The position numbers and the translations under genes are program-made. Positions 1-10,853 of a stretch of 64,000 nt of DNA are shown here, in pieces. Within the stretch, counting starts at the first letter, position 1. The number at the start of each line of letters is the position of its first letter. The notes below the pieces were generated by a model that ran no database searches, had not been told where the DNA came from, and saw only the letters and a list, made by a program, of their open reading frames with translations. This stretch comes from an uncultured Clostridium sp. (lineage in GTDB: Bacteria > Bacillota > Clostridia > TANB77 > CAG-508): NCBI GenBank assembly GCA_947565445.1, contig CANOGC010000002.1:4631-68630 (forward strand), in the 5' to 3' direction.

Positions 1-353
1 ACCATTTATATGGAATAGAAGTAGCAAGAACAATGGCATTTTTATCATTAGGATTATTAGAGCTAGTACATAGTTTTAACATAAAGAGTGAAGAATCAAT
101 ATTTAAAATAGGCTTATTTGAAAATAAATATTTAGTAGGTGCATTTATACTAGGTGCAATATTGCAAATAGGAGTAGTATGTATACCAGGGCTTTGTAAT
201 GTATTTAATTTAGTGCCATTAGATACAAAAGCGTGGTTGTATGTAGCAGGAATTTCTATTTTACCACTTATTATTATGGAAATCCAAAAGAAATGGAATG
301 AATTTAAATTTGGTAAAATCGTCTACGGATATAAGGATAGAGTAGATTATTAA
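1..353 (+). CDS. Cation-transporting P-type ATPase, C-terminal fragment (gene begins upstream of window)
   Basis: Open frame from nt 3 and ORF 33..353. Hydrophobic C-terminal TM segments (GIEVARTMAF...ISILPLIIMEIQKKW) typical of P-type ATPase tails. Confidence 0.55.
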   Translation, partial: HLYGIEVARTMAFLSLGLLELVHSFNIKSEESIFKIGLFENKYLVGAFILGAILQIGVVCIPGLCNVFNLVPLDTKAWLYVAGISILPLIIMEIQKKWNEFKFGKIVYGYKDRVDY

Positions 354-367
354 TGTGATAGTATAAA

Positions 368-526
368 GAAGAAGTAGTAATATAAAATTAAAAATTCCGT
401 TCTCCAAGGCGTTTTAGTATAATTGGTTTTAACAACACAGATACACACTATACTTTGAGAAAAAGAAATATGACGCCTTTGGCTAACAGGTCGAACTCGT
501 TTTTAATTTTATATTACTACTTCTTC
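368..526. repeat. 159-bp hairpin element: perfect 27-bp inverted-repeat arms (368-394 / 500-526) around a 105-nt core with nested dyads (ccaaggcgt/acgcctttgg)
   Basis: Arm gaagaagtagtaatataaaattaaaaa and its exact reverse complement, read directly. Same architecture as the 4-copy element family (A-run / T-run adjoining the core). Confidence 0.6.
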
Positions 527-597
527 ATGCTAAATAGCCCAATATTACAAAAACAATTAAAAGGTATTGAAAAAATATGATAAATACAATAAAATAA

Positions 598-2510
598 ATG
601 TACAATAAAAGGGGGAGGATTATGAAAAAAGTATATAATAGAATACTACTTAGTGTAATTGTATTTATAGGCATTATTTTAATATCTAATACATCAAAAG
701 CAGGAGAATTAAGGCTTAAGAACTTAGATTACAAAGTGCAACTAAATTCAGATGGAACAGCAGACGTAACTGAAAATTGGAGAATTTATATAGAGGATAC
801 AAATACTCTATTTAAGACATTTGAAATAGACAGTAGCAAATATAAAGAAATTACAAATGTAAAGGTAAAAGAAATAAAAAGTTCTGGAAATGTAGATTTC
901 ACAAAAATAAATGTAGAAAAATATCATGTAGATAAAAATTGTTTTTATGCATTAAGAAATAGTAAAGGCAAGTTTGAAATTGCTTGGGGTGTACATGCGG
1001 AAGATGTAACAAGAACATATGAAATTAGCTATAAAATTGTAGATGCAGTTAAAAATTATGCAGACTGTTCAGAATTTTACTGGCAGTTTGTAAGTACAGA
1101 ATCAGAAATTCCAGCAAGTCATGTGACTGGAACTATCATACTTCCATATAATGTTTCAAACAAAGAAGATTTAAAAACATGGGCACATGGTCCACTAAAT
1201 GGAAATATAAAAATTGATTCAGAAAAACAAGTTAGTTTTGAAGTTGAAGATTTTAGTGCAAATACTATGCTAGAAGCAAGAGTAGTAACACCCAATTACA
1301 TCTTTGCAAATAATCAAAATAAGAAAAACGAAAACAAGTTAGAAAGTATTTTGAGTCAAGAGCAAAAATGGGCAGATGAAGCAAATAGAAAAAGAGAAAC
1401 CTTAAGAAAAAGACAAGAAATGATTGAAACTGCAATTAAAATATTTTTTATTGTTTCAAACATAATTGGAGTTTTCCTTACAGTTGTTATTATTAAAAAA
1501 ATTATTAAGTATCATAAAGAACTAAAAGAACATCCAGTATTACAACCAGAAATGAAGTTAGATTACTTTAGAGATATACCAGATGAAAAATCTACACCGG
1601 CAAATGCAGGGTTTTTATATTATTTTAAAAGCACAGGCTTACAATATAATATGAGTAAAGTAATATCTGCTACAATGTTAGATTTATGCTTAAAAGGATA
1701 TTTAAGTTTTGAAGAAGTAGTGGGAAAAAAGGACCAAATTAGAGTTACTTTAAAACAAAAAGATATATCAAGCCTTACAAAAGATGAACAAACAATATAT
1801 GAATTATTAGAAAAAGTAGCAAACAATGAGACAAAATCTTTTACAATGAAAGAATTTGAAAAATATGCAAGAAATCATTCAAGTAGTGTATTAAGTAAAA
1901 TTAATAAAATAGAAGAACAAGTAAAAAAACAGCAAGAAGAAAAGAAGAACTATGATAAGCAAGCTATTAAAACATATAGTATTTGGCTAGCAAAGGGAGT
2001 AGGATATTTAGTTTTAAGTATATTTAGTCTAATATTTATGCAAATATTAGTAATACCAGCATTTATAGCCTCTATATATAGTTTTAAAGTCGGATCAAGA
2101 TACAACCAACTAACACAAAAACGGAGTAAATGAAAAAGAACAATGGATGGGACTAAAACGATATATGTCAGAATTTTCATTAATGAAAGAAAAAGAAGTA
2201 CCAGAGTTAGTACTATGGGAAAAATACCTAGTATATGCAACAGTTTTTGGAATTAGTGAAAAAGTATTAAAACAACTAAAAATAGTATATCCACAAATAT
2301 CAGATGAAGAGTACATGGCAAATGGCTATACATACTTATACTTAGTAAATTCTAGAAGCTTTGGAACTTCATTTATATCTACCTTAAATACATCTGTTGG
2401 AACATCATATTCGGCACTTACAAATTACTCATCTGGTTCAGGTTCTGGAGGAGGATTTTCTTCTGGTGGAGGCTTTGGAGGAGGCGGAGGCCGGAATGGG
2501 AGGAAGATAA
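598..2510 (+). CDS. DUF2207-family membrane protein with signal/TM N-terminus and Gly-rich C-terminal tail. Continuous only with +1 shifts at in-frame CGG 2122-2124 and 2492-2494.
   Basis: ORFs 598..2133 and 2147..2542 join as ...LTQK[C]GVNEKEQWMGLKRYMSEFSL...EKYLVYATVFGI...GGGFSSGGGFGGGGG, the typical DUF2207 C-terminus. The break is aaa-CGG-a, which becomes GGA Gly. Confidence 0.6.
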
Positions 2511-2544
2511 ACATGATACGAAGTATGCTAAGTTTAGGTTAAAT

Positions 2545-2582
2545 GCGTAGGGGCGATTATCAATCGCCCGTGCGCCATGCTC
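2545..2582. repeat. GC-rich palindromic intergenic repeat (REP-like), copy 1 of 4: GTAGGGGCGATTATCAATCGCCCG + GC-rich tail
   Basis: Stem GGGGCGATT / AATCGCCCC in an AT-rich spacer between convergent genes. Near-identical copies at 15127, 23106 and 41841. Confidence 0.65.
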
Positions 2583-2599
2583 CTTTTCCTATAGTTTTT

Positions 2600-4967
2600 T
2601 TATCTTAGTTCTACAACAGTTACACCCATTTCGCCTTCACCAAAAGTACCTAAACGAAAACTTTTTACATGTGAATTTGTTTTTAAAAAATTATGAATGC
2701 CTTTCATAAGAGCACCAGTTCCTTTTCCATGTACAATACGTACATTATTCAGCTTTGCAAGTGCACAATCATCTAAATATTTATCAACTATAAAAACAGC
2801 TTCATCTACGTTATAACCAATCACGTTAATTTCAGAAGTAGCAGTCTTAGCTTTATTTGTTTTATAATTAGAAGAACCAGTAAAAGTTTTTTCTTTAGCA
2901 AAAATAATTTTTGTAATACTAGAAATAGGTAGCATTAGTTTTGCACTACCAATCTGAACTTGTACTTGGTTAGACTTATTTGGGGTACTTAAAATACATC
3001 CTTGTTGGTTTAAATGACTAATATAAACAGTAGCTCCAACTTTTATATCTTCTTTTTCTACAGAAGATACCGATTCTTTAGTATCTATAGTATTAGTAGA
3101 AGTTTCTTTTAAACTTTCATTTAATTTATTGCGGATTTGGTTTAAATCCTTTATAGAATTAGAACTGGCACTTTCATATATTTCATTCATTTTAGAAATA
3201 TAGTAACTTGCTTCATCTTTTGCATCAAGCAAAATTTTTCTTGCTTCTTGTTTTGCTTTATCAATATATGAATTTTGTGTTTCCTTAAGAGATTTTTCCC
3301 TTTCTTCTAGTGACTTGCGAAGTACACTAATTTGGTTTGAATTTTTTTGTATTTGTTCTTTTTCATTTTCAATCCACAATTTATCATCATATATGTTTTT
3401 TAATAATTCTTCAATATGAATTTGATCAGCATCTAAGAAAGATTCTGCTCTTTTTATAATATTATCATCTAAACCTAATTTTTTACTAATAGCAAATGCA
3501 TTACTTCTTCCGAGGGATACCAATTAGTAACTTATAAGTAGGCTTTAAAGTTTCAATATCAAATCCTACACTTGCATTTTCAAAACCATCAGAAATAAGT
3601 GCATAGTTTTTTAATTCTGAATAATGTGAAGTAGAAATAGTAAGACAACCTTTATTTTTTAAAGTCTCCAAAATACTAATTGCTAAACTACTTCCTTCTA
3701 TAGGGTCTGTTCCAGAACCTAATTCATCTAAAAGAACAAGACTTTCAGATGTGCAATTATTTAGGATTTGTACAATATTACGCATGTGAGAAGAAAAAGT
3801 ACTTAGTGATTCTATAATACTTTGTTCATCACCAATATCGGCATAAATATTATCAAAAATGCAAATACTACTTTCATCTTTTGCAGGAATAAATAAACCA
3901 CTACAAGCCATTAAAGAAAGTAAGCCAATAGTTTTTAATGTAACAGTTTTTCCGCCAGTATTAGGACCTGTAATAATAAGAGATGAAAAATCTTGTCCAA
4001 GTTCAATATTAATAGGAACTACTACATCACTAGAAATAAGAGGATGACGAGCATCTATTAGTGAAATTTGTTTGTTATCATTAATATTAGGGAATATTCC
4101 ATTTAATTCAAGCCCATATTTTGCTTTTGCAAAAATAAAATCAATAGTACAAATTGTTGTATAATCTTGTTTTAGTTCATTAACATATGGTGCAAATAAA
4201 GAAGAAATATAAGATAAAATTCTTTCTATTTCAATTGTTTCTTCTGATTGCAAAACATGTAAATCATTGTTTAAGTCGAATACTACCATAGGTTCAATAA
4301 AAACAGTAGAACCGGCTTGCAGAAACATCATGAATAAATCCTTTTACAAAACTTCTATATTCATCTTTAATTGGTACAACATAGCGGTTATTTCTAATAG
4401 TAATAACATTTTCTTGAATATATTTAGAATAAGCAGAAGAATGTATAAAACCATTTAACTTGTCCTTAATAGTATCTTCTAATTTTCTTTTTTCTTTACG
4501 AATAGAAGATAGCTTTGTTGAAGCAGAATCTGAAATAGTATTTTCGTCTAAAATAGAATTTTCGACAGTTTTTATAATAGAAGGGTTTGTGTATAACTTA
4601 GAAAAGTAAGAGTCACTAATAGGAAATTTAGTTATATCACGATCATTATAAAAATAATTTTTTAAATTAGCACTTGTTTTTAAAATTTGGTTTAATTCTA
4701 AAATAGATGAAATATTTAGGGAACCATTACTCCCGCAAAATTTTTAATATATAGTCTATATTACCGAATATTTATAAAATAAGGTTCATTTTGTGTAAGT
4801 AATAAAGTTGCTTCAGATGTTTCTTGCAATAATTTTAAAACAGTATCTTTATTAGAATTTGGTTTTAAATTATGGCATAATGTTTTACCAAAATCGGTAA
4901 CACAAAAAATAGAAAGTTTTTCTAAAATGGTAAAATACTCCAATTTTTCAATATATTTTAAATCCAT
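2600..4967 (-). CDS. mutS2: Endonuclease MutS2 (MutS ATPase domain + C-terminal Smr domain). Continuous only with +1 shifts at four in-frame CGG codons (plus-strand CCG at 3510-3512, 4312-4314, 4733-4735, 4764-4766).
   Basis: Fragments 4761..4967, about 4331..4760, 3501..4331 and 2600..3523 read end to end as one MutS2. This includes GPNTGGKTVTLKT, DELGSGTDP, LIGIP[G]RSNAFAISKKLGL and the Smr tail HGKGTGALMKGIHNFLK. Each junction is N-CGG-N with Gly expected. Confidence 0.75.
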
Positions 4968-5137
4968 AAAATTCGTCTCCTTTTTTTAATGTTACCATTA
5001 TACTACAGAAATATTACAATTTGAATACATTTTGTAAAACTTGGAAAAAAGTATTGCAATTAGAAAAAATATATAGTATAAATATTAATAGATTAAGAAT
5101 AATAATAGTAAAATAATTAGTAAGTGAGGGATTTCAA

Positions 5138-5452
5138 ATGAAAAAATTTAAAAAAGTATGTTTATTAATGGTTGTAATATTTTTATTAGGAGTAACAGTT
5201 GTAAATGCAAGTACTATTACTATTGACCCATCAGGAACAACAATAGGTGGAGATAGTAATACAACACCAAAAACAAACACTATACCAACAACTCCAACAA
5301 CAGGAAATACAAGTAATTATAAAAACACAACCAATACAACAAATTTACCAAAAACAGGTGCAGATGATTATTTAATTATATCAGTAGTTGCAGTTTTAGG
5401 TATAGCAGGTGTTTATGCATTTAAGAAAATTCGTGATTACAAAGATATCTAA
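5138..5452 (+). CDS. Small Thr/Pro-rich surface protein with LPXTG-type sortase anchor (LPKTG + hydrophobic segment + KKIRDYK tail)
   Basis: N-terminal signal peptide, TTPTTPTTGNT repeats, LPKTGADD followed by a TM segment and a basic tail. Confidence 0.6.
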   Translation: MKKFKKVCLLMVVIFLLGVTVVNASTITIDPSGTTIGGDSNTTPKTNTIPTTPTTGNTSNYKNTTNTTNLPKTGADDYLIISVVAVLGIAGVYAFKKIRDYKDI

Positions 5453-5480
5453 ATAGAAAAATTATTTAAAGTAGAAAGTT

Positions 5481-5508
5481 GAGGAAAAAGTTTACAAGCT
5501 TTTTCCTC
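5481..5508 (+). terminator. Stem-loop terminator after the LPXTG protein gene
   Basis: gaggaaaaag tttacaag ctttttcctc, a perfect dyad. Confidence 0.5.
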
Positions 5509-5744
5509 ACTTTGCATTATAGGAAGATGAATAATTTACCTAATCTTTAAAGAAATACTGAAATTTAATTGAATTTTCAATTAAAAGATGATATAGTATG
5601 TAATGATGTAATTTCTAATAATAGAAAAGAATTTTATTGTAAAGTGATTGAAGGAAAGTATAAAAAAATACTAACTGTTGCTTATAAAAGATTAAATAGG
5701 TAATAGGGAAAAAGTTTTAGTAACAAAAAGGAAGGAGGTTAACT

Positions 5745-6470
5745 ATGAAAGTATCTATTAATACAATGCAGAAATTATCTAAAGTAAAAAATTCAGTATA
5801 TGATGATATAAAAATAGAATACTTATACCATTCAAACAAACTTGAAGGAAGTACTTTCAATGTTGAGCAATTAAATATTCTTTTAGAACAAAAAGTAGTA
5901 ATAGGTGAACATTCTATCGATGATGTACAAGAAACCATTAATTCTTTAGAATTGTTTGACTTTGTAATAAATACTTTAAATGAGCAGTTAACCCCTATGT
6001 TACTTAGAGAATATTATTCAATTTTAAAGAAGAATACAAGTGATGCAAATTATGGATTTGCTGGAGTATATAAAAAAATACCAAATAAATTAAGATCAGT
6101 AAATATTGAATTATCACAACCATATGAAGTTCTAGAGCAAATTGAAAGGTCATTAGAGAAAAAAATAGAAACTTTAAAAGATATAGCTGATTTTCATCAA
6201 AAGTTTGAACATATACATCCTTTTCAAGATGGAAATGGTAGAATAGGAAGATTTATTATGCTAAGGCAGTGTATAGAAAATGAAATTGGCTTAATTGCTA
6301 TAGATGATGAATATAACAAAGAATATAGGGATGCTTTATATAAAGCACAAACAGCAGAAAATATAGAACCATTAGTTGAGGTTTTAAAAAAGTGTCAAGT
6401 AAGGCTTGATGAAAAATTATCAAGTTGTATACCAATAATAAAACAAGTAGAAGAGGAAATGATGAGATAA
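5745..6470 (+). CDS. Fic family protein (adenylyltransferase-type, [12 protein letters not shown] motif)
   Basis: Fic motif HPFx[DE]GNGR at residues about 158-166 of 241, with full N- and C-terminal regions. Confidence 0.7.
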   Translation: MKVSINTMQKLSKVKNSVYDDIKIEYLYHSNKLEGSTFNVEQLNILLEQKVVIGEHSIDDVQETINSLELFDFVINTLNEQLTPMLLREYYSILKKNTSDANYGFAGVYKKIPNKLRSVNIELSQPYEVLEQIERSLEKKIETLKDIADFHQKFEHIHPFQDGNGRIGRFIMLRQCIENEIGLIAIDDEYNKEYRDALYKAQTAENIEPLVEVLKKCQVRLDEKLSSCIPIIKQVEEEMMR

Positions 6471-6772
6471 TAGAAAAATATGTAGAAATGAATATTGCAC
6501 ATCCATTTAGAGAAGGAAATGGAAGAAGTACAAGAATATGGCTAGACTTAATTTTAAAAAAGGAGTTAAATGTAGTAGTTGATTGGAGTAAAGTAGATAA
6601 AACAGATTACTTACTTGCAATGGAACGTAGCCCTATAAAAGGTACAGAAATAAAAGAACTGTTAAAACAAAGCTTGACGGATAAGGTAAATTATAGGCAA
6701 ATATATATGAAAGGGATAGACAATAGTTATTTATATGAAGGCTATTTAGGATTTAAAACAGAAGAACTATAA
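6425..6772 (+). pseudogene. Second Fic/Doc-family ORF lacking the N-terminal about 90 aa ([12 protein letters not shown] motif only about 27 aa from its start). Likely a truncated duplicate.
   Basis: Motif [17 protein letters not shown] plus C-terminal region only. Overlaps the 3' end of the upstream Fic gene. No CGG site links the two. Confidence 0.45.
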
Positions 6773-6795
6773 AATTAAAACAAAGGAGAGAATAT

Positions 6796-7537
6796 ATGTT
6801 TAATTTTTCATTTGATAAAAGATTTCTATATATTATTTTAGGAATTAGTGTATTATGGGGATTAATGGGAATGACAAAATTGGAATGGTTAGGGTTATTA
6901 TTAACACTTCCAGGAGTTATTGTTGCAATCACTTTTCATGAGTTTGCACATGCATATGCAGCATATAAATTAGGAGATGACACTCCTAGAATGCAAGGTA
7001 GGTTAAACTTAAACCCAGCAAGCCATCTAGACCCTATTCGGATTTGTTTTACTTATATTTGCACATATTGGATGGGGAAAACCTGTACAAATTAACCCAA
7101 GAAATTTTGATAGAAAATACTCTATGTCAGCAGGAGAAGCAATAGTTTCTGTAGCAGGACCTGCTATGAACTTTGTACTTGCAATTGTATTTACTCTTAT
7201 TTATGCAATAATTGCTAAATTTGCACCAATGTTTGCACTATCTGAAATTGGATTTTATGTTATGATAATAATAAAATATGCAGCGATTGTAAACGTAGGG
7301 CTTGGAGTATTTAATCTAATACCACTTCCACCATTAGATGGTAGCAAAATTTTTAGAAATTTTATGTCATATAAGGTAAAAGAATGGCTAGATAGATATG
7401 AACAATATTTTTATATTGCATTTCTAATTTTATGGGTAACAGGGCTTGCAGGAAATATAATATCTCCAATTATTAGTTTTATAACTGATGGATTATTTAA
7501 ATTAATGGGATTAATATTTAGAGTTACAATGTTTTAA
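6796..7537 (+). CDS. Peptidase M50 / site-2 protease family zinc metalloprotease. Continuous with a +1 shift at in-frame CGG 7039-7041.
   Basis: [14 protein letters not shown]...[11 protein letters not shown][G][40 protein letters not shown]...[13 protein letters not shown]. Break is att-CGG-a, which becomes GGA. Confidence 0.75.
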
Positions 7538-7555
7538 TAAAAAAAGGAAAAGAAA

Positions 7556-8551
7556 ATGGGAAAAGATATATATACTTTAGGAATTGAATCAAGTTGTGAT
7601 GAAACTTCTGTATCTGTTGTAAAAAATGGTAGAGAAGTTCTTTCTAATGTAATTCACTCTCAAATTGATATTCATAAGCAGTTTGGTGGAGTAGTTCCAG
7701 AGATTGCATCTAGAAACCATGTAGAAGCAATTTCCACTGTAACAAAAGAAGCACTAAAAGAAGCAAAAATAGATTTTAGTGATATAGATGCAATATGTCC
7801 TACTTATGGGCCAGGTCTTGTAGGAGCATTATTAGTAGGTGTTGCATATGCAAAAGCACTTTCATATGCTATTTCAAAACCACTTGTAGGTGTAAACCAT
7901 ATTGAAGGGCATATAGCAGCAAATTATATTACAAACTTAGAGCTAGAACCACCATTTCTATGTTTGGTTATTTCAGGAGGACATACACATCTTATTCATA
8001 TTAAAGATTACACAGAATTTGAAATACTAGCTCGTACACGTGATGATGCAATAGGTGAGGCATTTGATAAAGTAGCAAGGGTGATAGGATTGGAATACCC
8101 AGGAGGGCCTAAAATTGACAAACTTGCAAAAGAAGGTAAGCCTAGTATTGAATTACCACATACATATTTTGAAGATAGTTTAGATTTTAGTTTTAGTGGA
8201 ATAAAGACAGCAGTTTTAAATTTACATCATAAAAATCCAGAGGTAAATAAAGCAGATTTATGTGCAAGCTTTGAAAGTACTGTAATAGATATGTTACTTA
8301 CAAATACTAAAAAGGCTTTAAAACAACTAGATGTAAAGAAAATAGCATTAGCAGGAGGAGTTTCCGCAAATTTACACATAAGAAATGCTTTCTTTAAAAT
8401 GGGTGAAGAAGAGGGAGTAAAGATATATTATCCAGATTTAAAGCTTTGTACAGATAATGCAGCAATGATTGCTTCTGCTGGATACTATAATTTCTTAAAA
8501 GGAAACTTTTCAGATTTATCACTAAATGCCATTCCAAATTTGAAAATATAG
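7556..8551 (+). CDS. tsaD: tRNA N6-adenosine threonylcarbamoyltransferase TsaD (Kae1/Gcp family)
   Basis: [22 protein letters not shown]...HIEGH...GGVSAN; full length 331 aa. Confidence 0.9.
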   Translation: MGKDIYTLGIESSCDETSVSVVKNGREVLSNVIHSQIDIHKQFGGVVPEIASRNHVEAISTVTKEALKEAKIDFSDIDAICPTYGPGLVGALLVGVAYAKALSYAISKPLVGVNHIEGHIAANYITNLELEPPFLCLVISGGHTHLIHIKDYTEFEILARTRDDAIGEAFDKVARVIGLEYPGGPKIDKLAKEGKPSIELPHTYFEDSLDFSFSGIKTAVLNLHHKNPEVNKADLCASFESTVIDMLLTNTKKALKQLDVKKIALAGGVSANLHIRNAFFKMGEEEGVKIYYPDLKLCTDNAAMIASAGYYNFLKGNFSDLSLNAIPNLKI

Positions 8552-8563
8552 AAAGGGAGAAAT

Positions 8564-9271
8564 ATGGCTATATATGTAATAGCAGATTTACACTTATCTT
8601 TTAAATCTCCAAAACCAATGAACATATTTGGAGATAATTGGGATAACCATGAAGAAAAGATAAAAAAAGATTGGGTAAGTAAAGTAAAAGAAGATGATAT
8701 AGTAGTATTACCAGGCGACTTTTCTTGGGCAATGAGTTTAAGTGATGCATACTTAGACTTTAAGTATCTAAATGAGTTACCAGGAAAGAAAATATTATTA
8801 AAGGGAAACCATGACTATTGGTGGACAACAATGAACAAAATGAGAAACTATATAAAAGAAAATAACTTTAATACAATAGACTTCTTATTTAACAATAGTT
8901 TTTTTAATGAAGGAATTATACTGACAGGAACTAGGGGGTGGTCATTACACGATTTAGAAGGAGAAGGAAAAATACTAAACCGCGAACTAGGAAGGCTGGA
9001 ATTATCGCTTAATGAGGGAATAGAAAAATATGGGGAGGATAAGCCAATTTATGTATTTATGCATTATCCACCAATTACAAATTCAGCAATTCTTAATAAA
9101 TTAGAACTTACATTTATAGAAACTATGAAAAAATATAATGTTAAAAAATGCTTCTATGGACATTTACACAGCCATTCGCATAAAGATGCAATAGAGGGGA
9201 ATATAGAAGGAATAGAAATTAGACTGATCAGTGCAGATTATTTAGATTTTAAATTAATGAAGATAAATTAG
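8564..9271 (+). CDS. Metallophosphoesterase (calcineurin-like phosphoesterase family)
   Basis: IADLHLS...LPGDF...GNHDYWW...MHYPP...GHLH metal-binding motifs. Confidence 0.7.
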   Translation: MAIYVIADLHLSFKSPKPMNIFGDNWDNHEEKIKKDWVSKVKEDDIVVLPGDFSWAMSLSDAYLDFKYLNELPGKKILLKGNHDYWWTTMNKMRNYIKENNFNTIDFLFNNSFFNEGIILTGTRGWSLHDLEGEGKILNRELGRLELSLNEGIEKYGEDKPIYVFMHYPPITNSAILNKLELTFIETMKKYNVKKCFYGHLHSHSHKDAIEGNIEGIEIRLISADYLDFKLMKIN

Positions 9272-9326
9272 GCGAGCCTAAAAATTTTCTAGCAAAATTA
9301 TAAGAAAATTAATACTCGCCATAATT

Positions 9327-9354
9327 AAAAAGAACGGATTAATCCGTTCTTTTC
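9327..9354. terminator. Bidirectional rho-independent terminator between convergent genes
   Basis: aaaagaacggatt aa tccgttctttt, a perfect dyad with flanking A/T runs. Confidence 0.7.
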
Positions 9355-9370
9355 ATGCCTCGTCTTTGTT

Positions 9371-10294
9371 CTATTTATCTGACTTTTTAGATTTTTTATC
9401 ATCATCTTTAAAAACTTCTTTTATAGCACCTAAGCTACCTAGAGCAGATGTTGCATCAAAAGGAATAAAGACTTTGTTGGCTTCTCCGTCTGCAATTTTT
9501 TCTAATGATTCTAAAGATTTTAATTGTACTAATTTATCATTTGGGTCTGCTTTTTTCATTGCACTATAAATCATTTCAACTTCTTTTGCTTTAGCTTCAG
9601 CAACTTGTTTAATAGCTTCAGCCTCACCAGTAGCACGTCTTATTTTAGATTCACGGTCAGCCTCAGCTTGTAAAATAGCAGCTTCTTTTTGTCCTTCAGC
9701 AATAGTAATAGCAGATTGCCTTTCTCCTTCTGCTTGTAAAATTAAAGCTCTCTTATTACGTTCTGCATTCATTTGTTTCTCCATTGCATCACGTATATCA
9801 GCAGGTGGTGTAATATCTTTAATTTCAACACGGTCAACTTTACATCCCCATTGGTCTGTTGCTTCATCTAGTATAACACGTAATTGATCATTAATTGCAT
9901 CTCTAGAGCTAAATGTTGCATCTAAGTCCATTTTGCCAACAATATCACGAATTGTTGTAATAGCTAAGTATTCAATACCTTTCTTTAAACTTTGGATTTC
10001 ATATACTGCTTTTGCAGGGTCTGTAATTTTATAGAACACAACAGTATCTATTGTGATAGTAACATTATCTTTTGTAATAACTCCTTGAGGTGGAATATCC
10101 ATTGTTTGTTGTTTTAAGCTAACAACACTTCTGACGTGGTCAATAAATGGTACAATAATAGTAAGACCAGCGTCTGCTATTTTGTGATATTTACCAAGTC
10201 TTTCAATAATGTACACCTCAGCTTGTTTAACGATTTTAATTGATTTAAATGCTATAATTAATATAATGACTAATAGTATAAGTAAAAATACCAT
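9371..10294 (-). CDS. SPFH/band-7 (stomatin/flotillin-like) membrane protein
   Basis: N-terminal TM segment, SPFH domain, Ala/Glu-rich coiled coil. Classic operon partner of NfeD. Confidence 0.8.
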   Translation of the reverse strand: MVFLLILLVIILIIAFKSIKIVKQAEVYIIERLGKYHKIADAGLTIIVPFIDHVRSVVSLKQQTMDIPPQGVITKDNVTITIDTVVFYKITDPAKAVYEIQSLKKGIEYLAITTIRDIVGKMDLDATFSSRDAINDQLRVILDEATDQWGCKVDRVEIKDITPPADIRDAMEKQMNAERNKRALILQAEGERQSAITIAEGQKEAAILQAEADRESKIRRATGEAEAIKQVAEAKAKEVEMIYSAMKKADPNDKLVQLKSLESLEKIADGEANKVFIPFDATSALGSLGAIKEVFKDDDKKSKKSDK

Positions 10295-10333
10295 AATAAA
10301 TCCTCCTTTTATATTATATATAAATATTAAAAA

Positions 10334-10768
10334 CTATTTTAAAATAGGTTCTTCTATAGGTTCTACAATAGCTTTTACACCATCAATTTCTTTTATAATA
10401 ACTTCAGTTCCTTCTAAAATAGGGGAACTTGATTTTGCTGTCCAAATTTCACTACCAACTTTTACTTGCCCAATTCCTTTTTTAGAATTAATTTCTCTTG
10501 TTACAATTCCAGTTTTACCAATAACTGAATAAGCATTTGTTTGAACTTTATCATTACGTGAAAGTTTTTTTACAAGTGGCTTTGTTAAGAATAATAGTAA
10601 AGTAGAGCTAATTACAAATACTGATGTTTGAATAATAGTATTATCTGTAAAAAGACTAACAATTGCAGTAAGTAATGCTCCAATGCCAAACCAAAATACT
10701 AAAAAACCAACTGTTATCATTTCTAATACAAAAAACATACCAGAAATAATTAACCAAACCTGCCACAT
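10334..10768 (-). CDS. NfeD-family membrane protein (short form, OB-fold C-terminus)
   Basis: Two TM segments plus C-terminal beta domain, immediately upstream of the SPFH gene on the same strand. Confidence 0.75.
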   Translation of the reverse strand: MWQVWLIISGMFFVLEMITVGFLVFWFGIGALLTAIVSLFTDNTIIQTSVFVISSTLLLFLTKPLVKKLSRNDKVQTNAYSVIGKTGIVTREINSKKGIGQVKVGSEIWTAKSSSPILEGTEVIIKEIDGVKAIVEPIEEPILK

Positions 10769-10853
10769 AAAAATCCCTCCTTTAAAACCTACATTACAAT
10801 TATACTACAAAATATGGAAAAAAGAAATAGTTTTGTAATATTTTTGGCAGAAT

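Noticed and set aside
368-526. Possible tRNA or tRNA-like gene in the hairpin core (ggtcgaactcg resembles a T-arm), which could have been the CGGN decoder
   Set aside because: No acceptor/D/anticodon cloverleaf can be formed. The T-loop lacks the conserved TTCRANY spacing. No CCA or discriminator context is present. I found no tRNA in the window.
6380-6450. Joining the two Fic ORFs by a frameshift
   Set aside because: No in-frame CGG or other shifty motif at the junction. The second ORF lacks only its N-terminal region, consistent with a truncated duplicate rather than a split gene.
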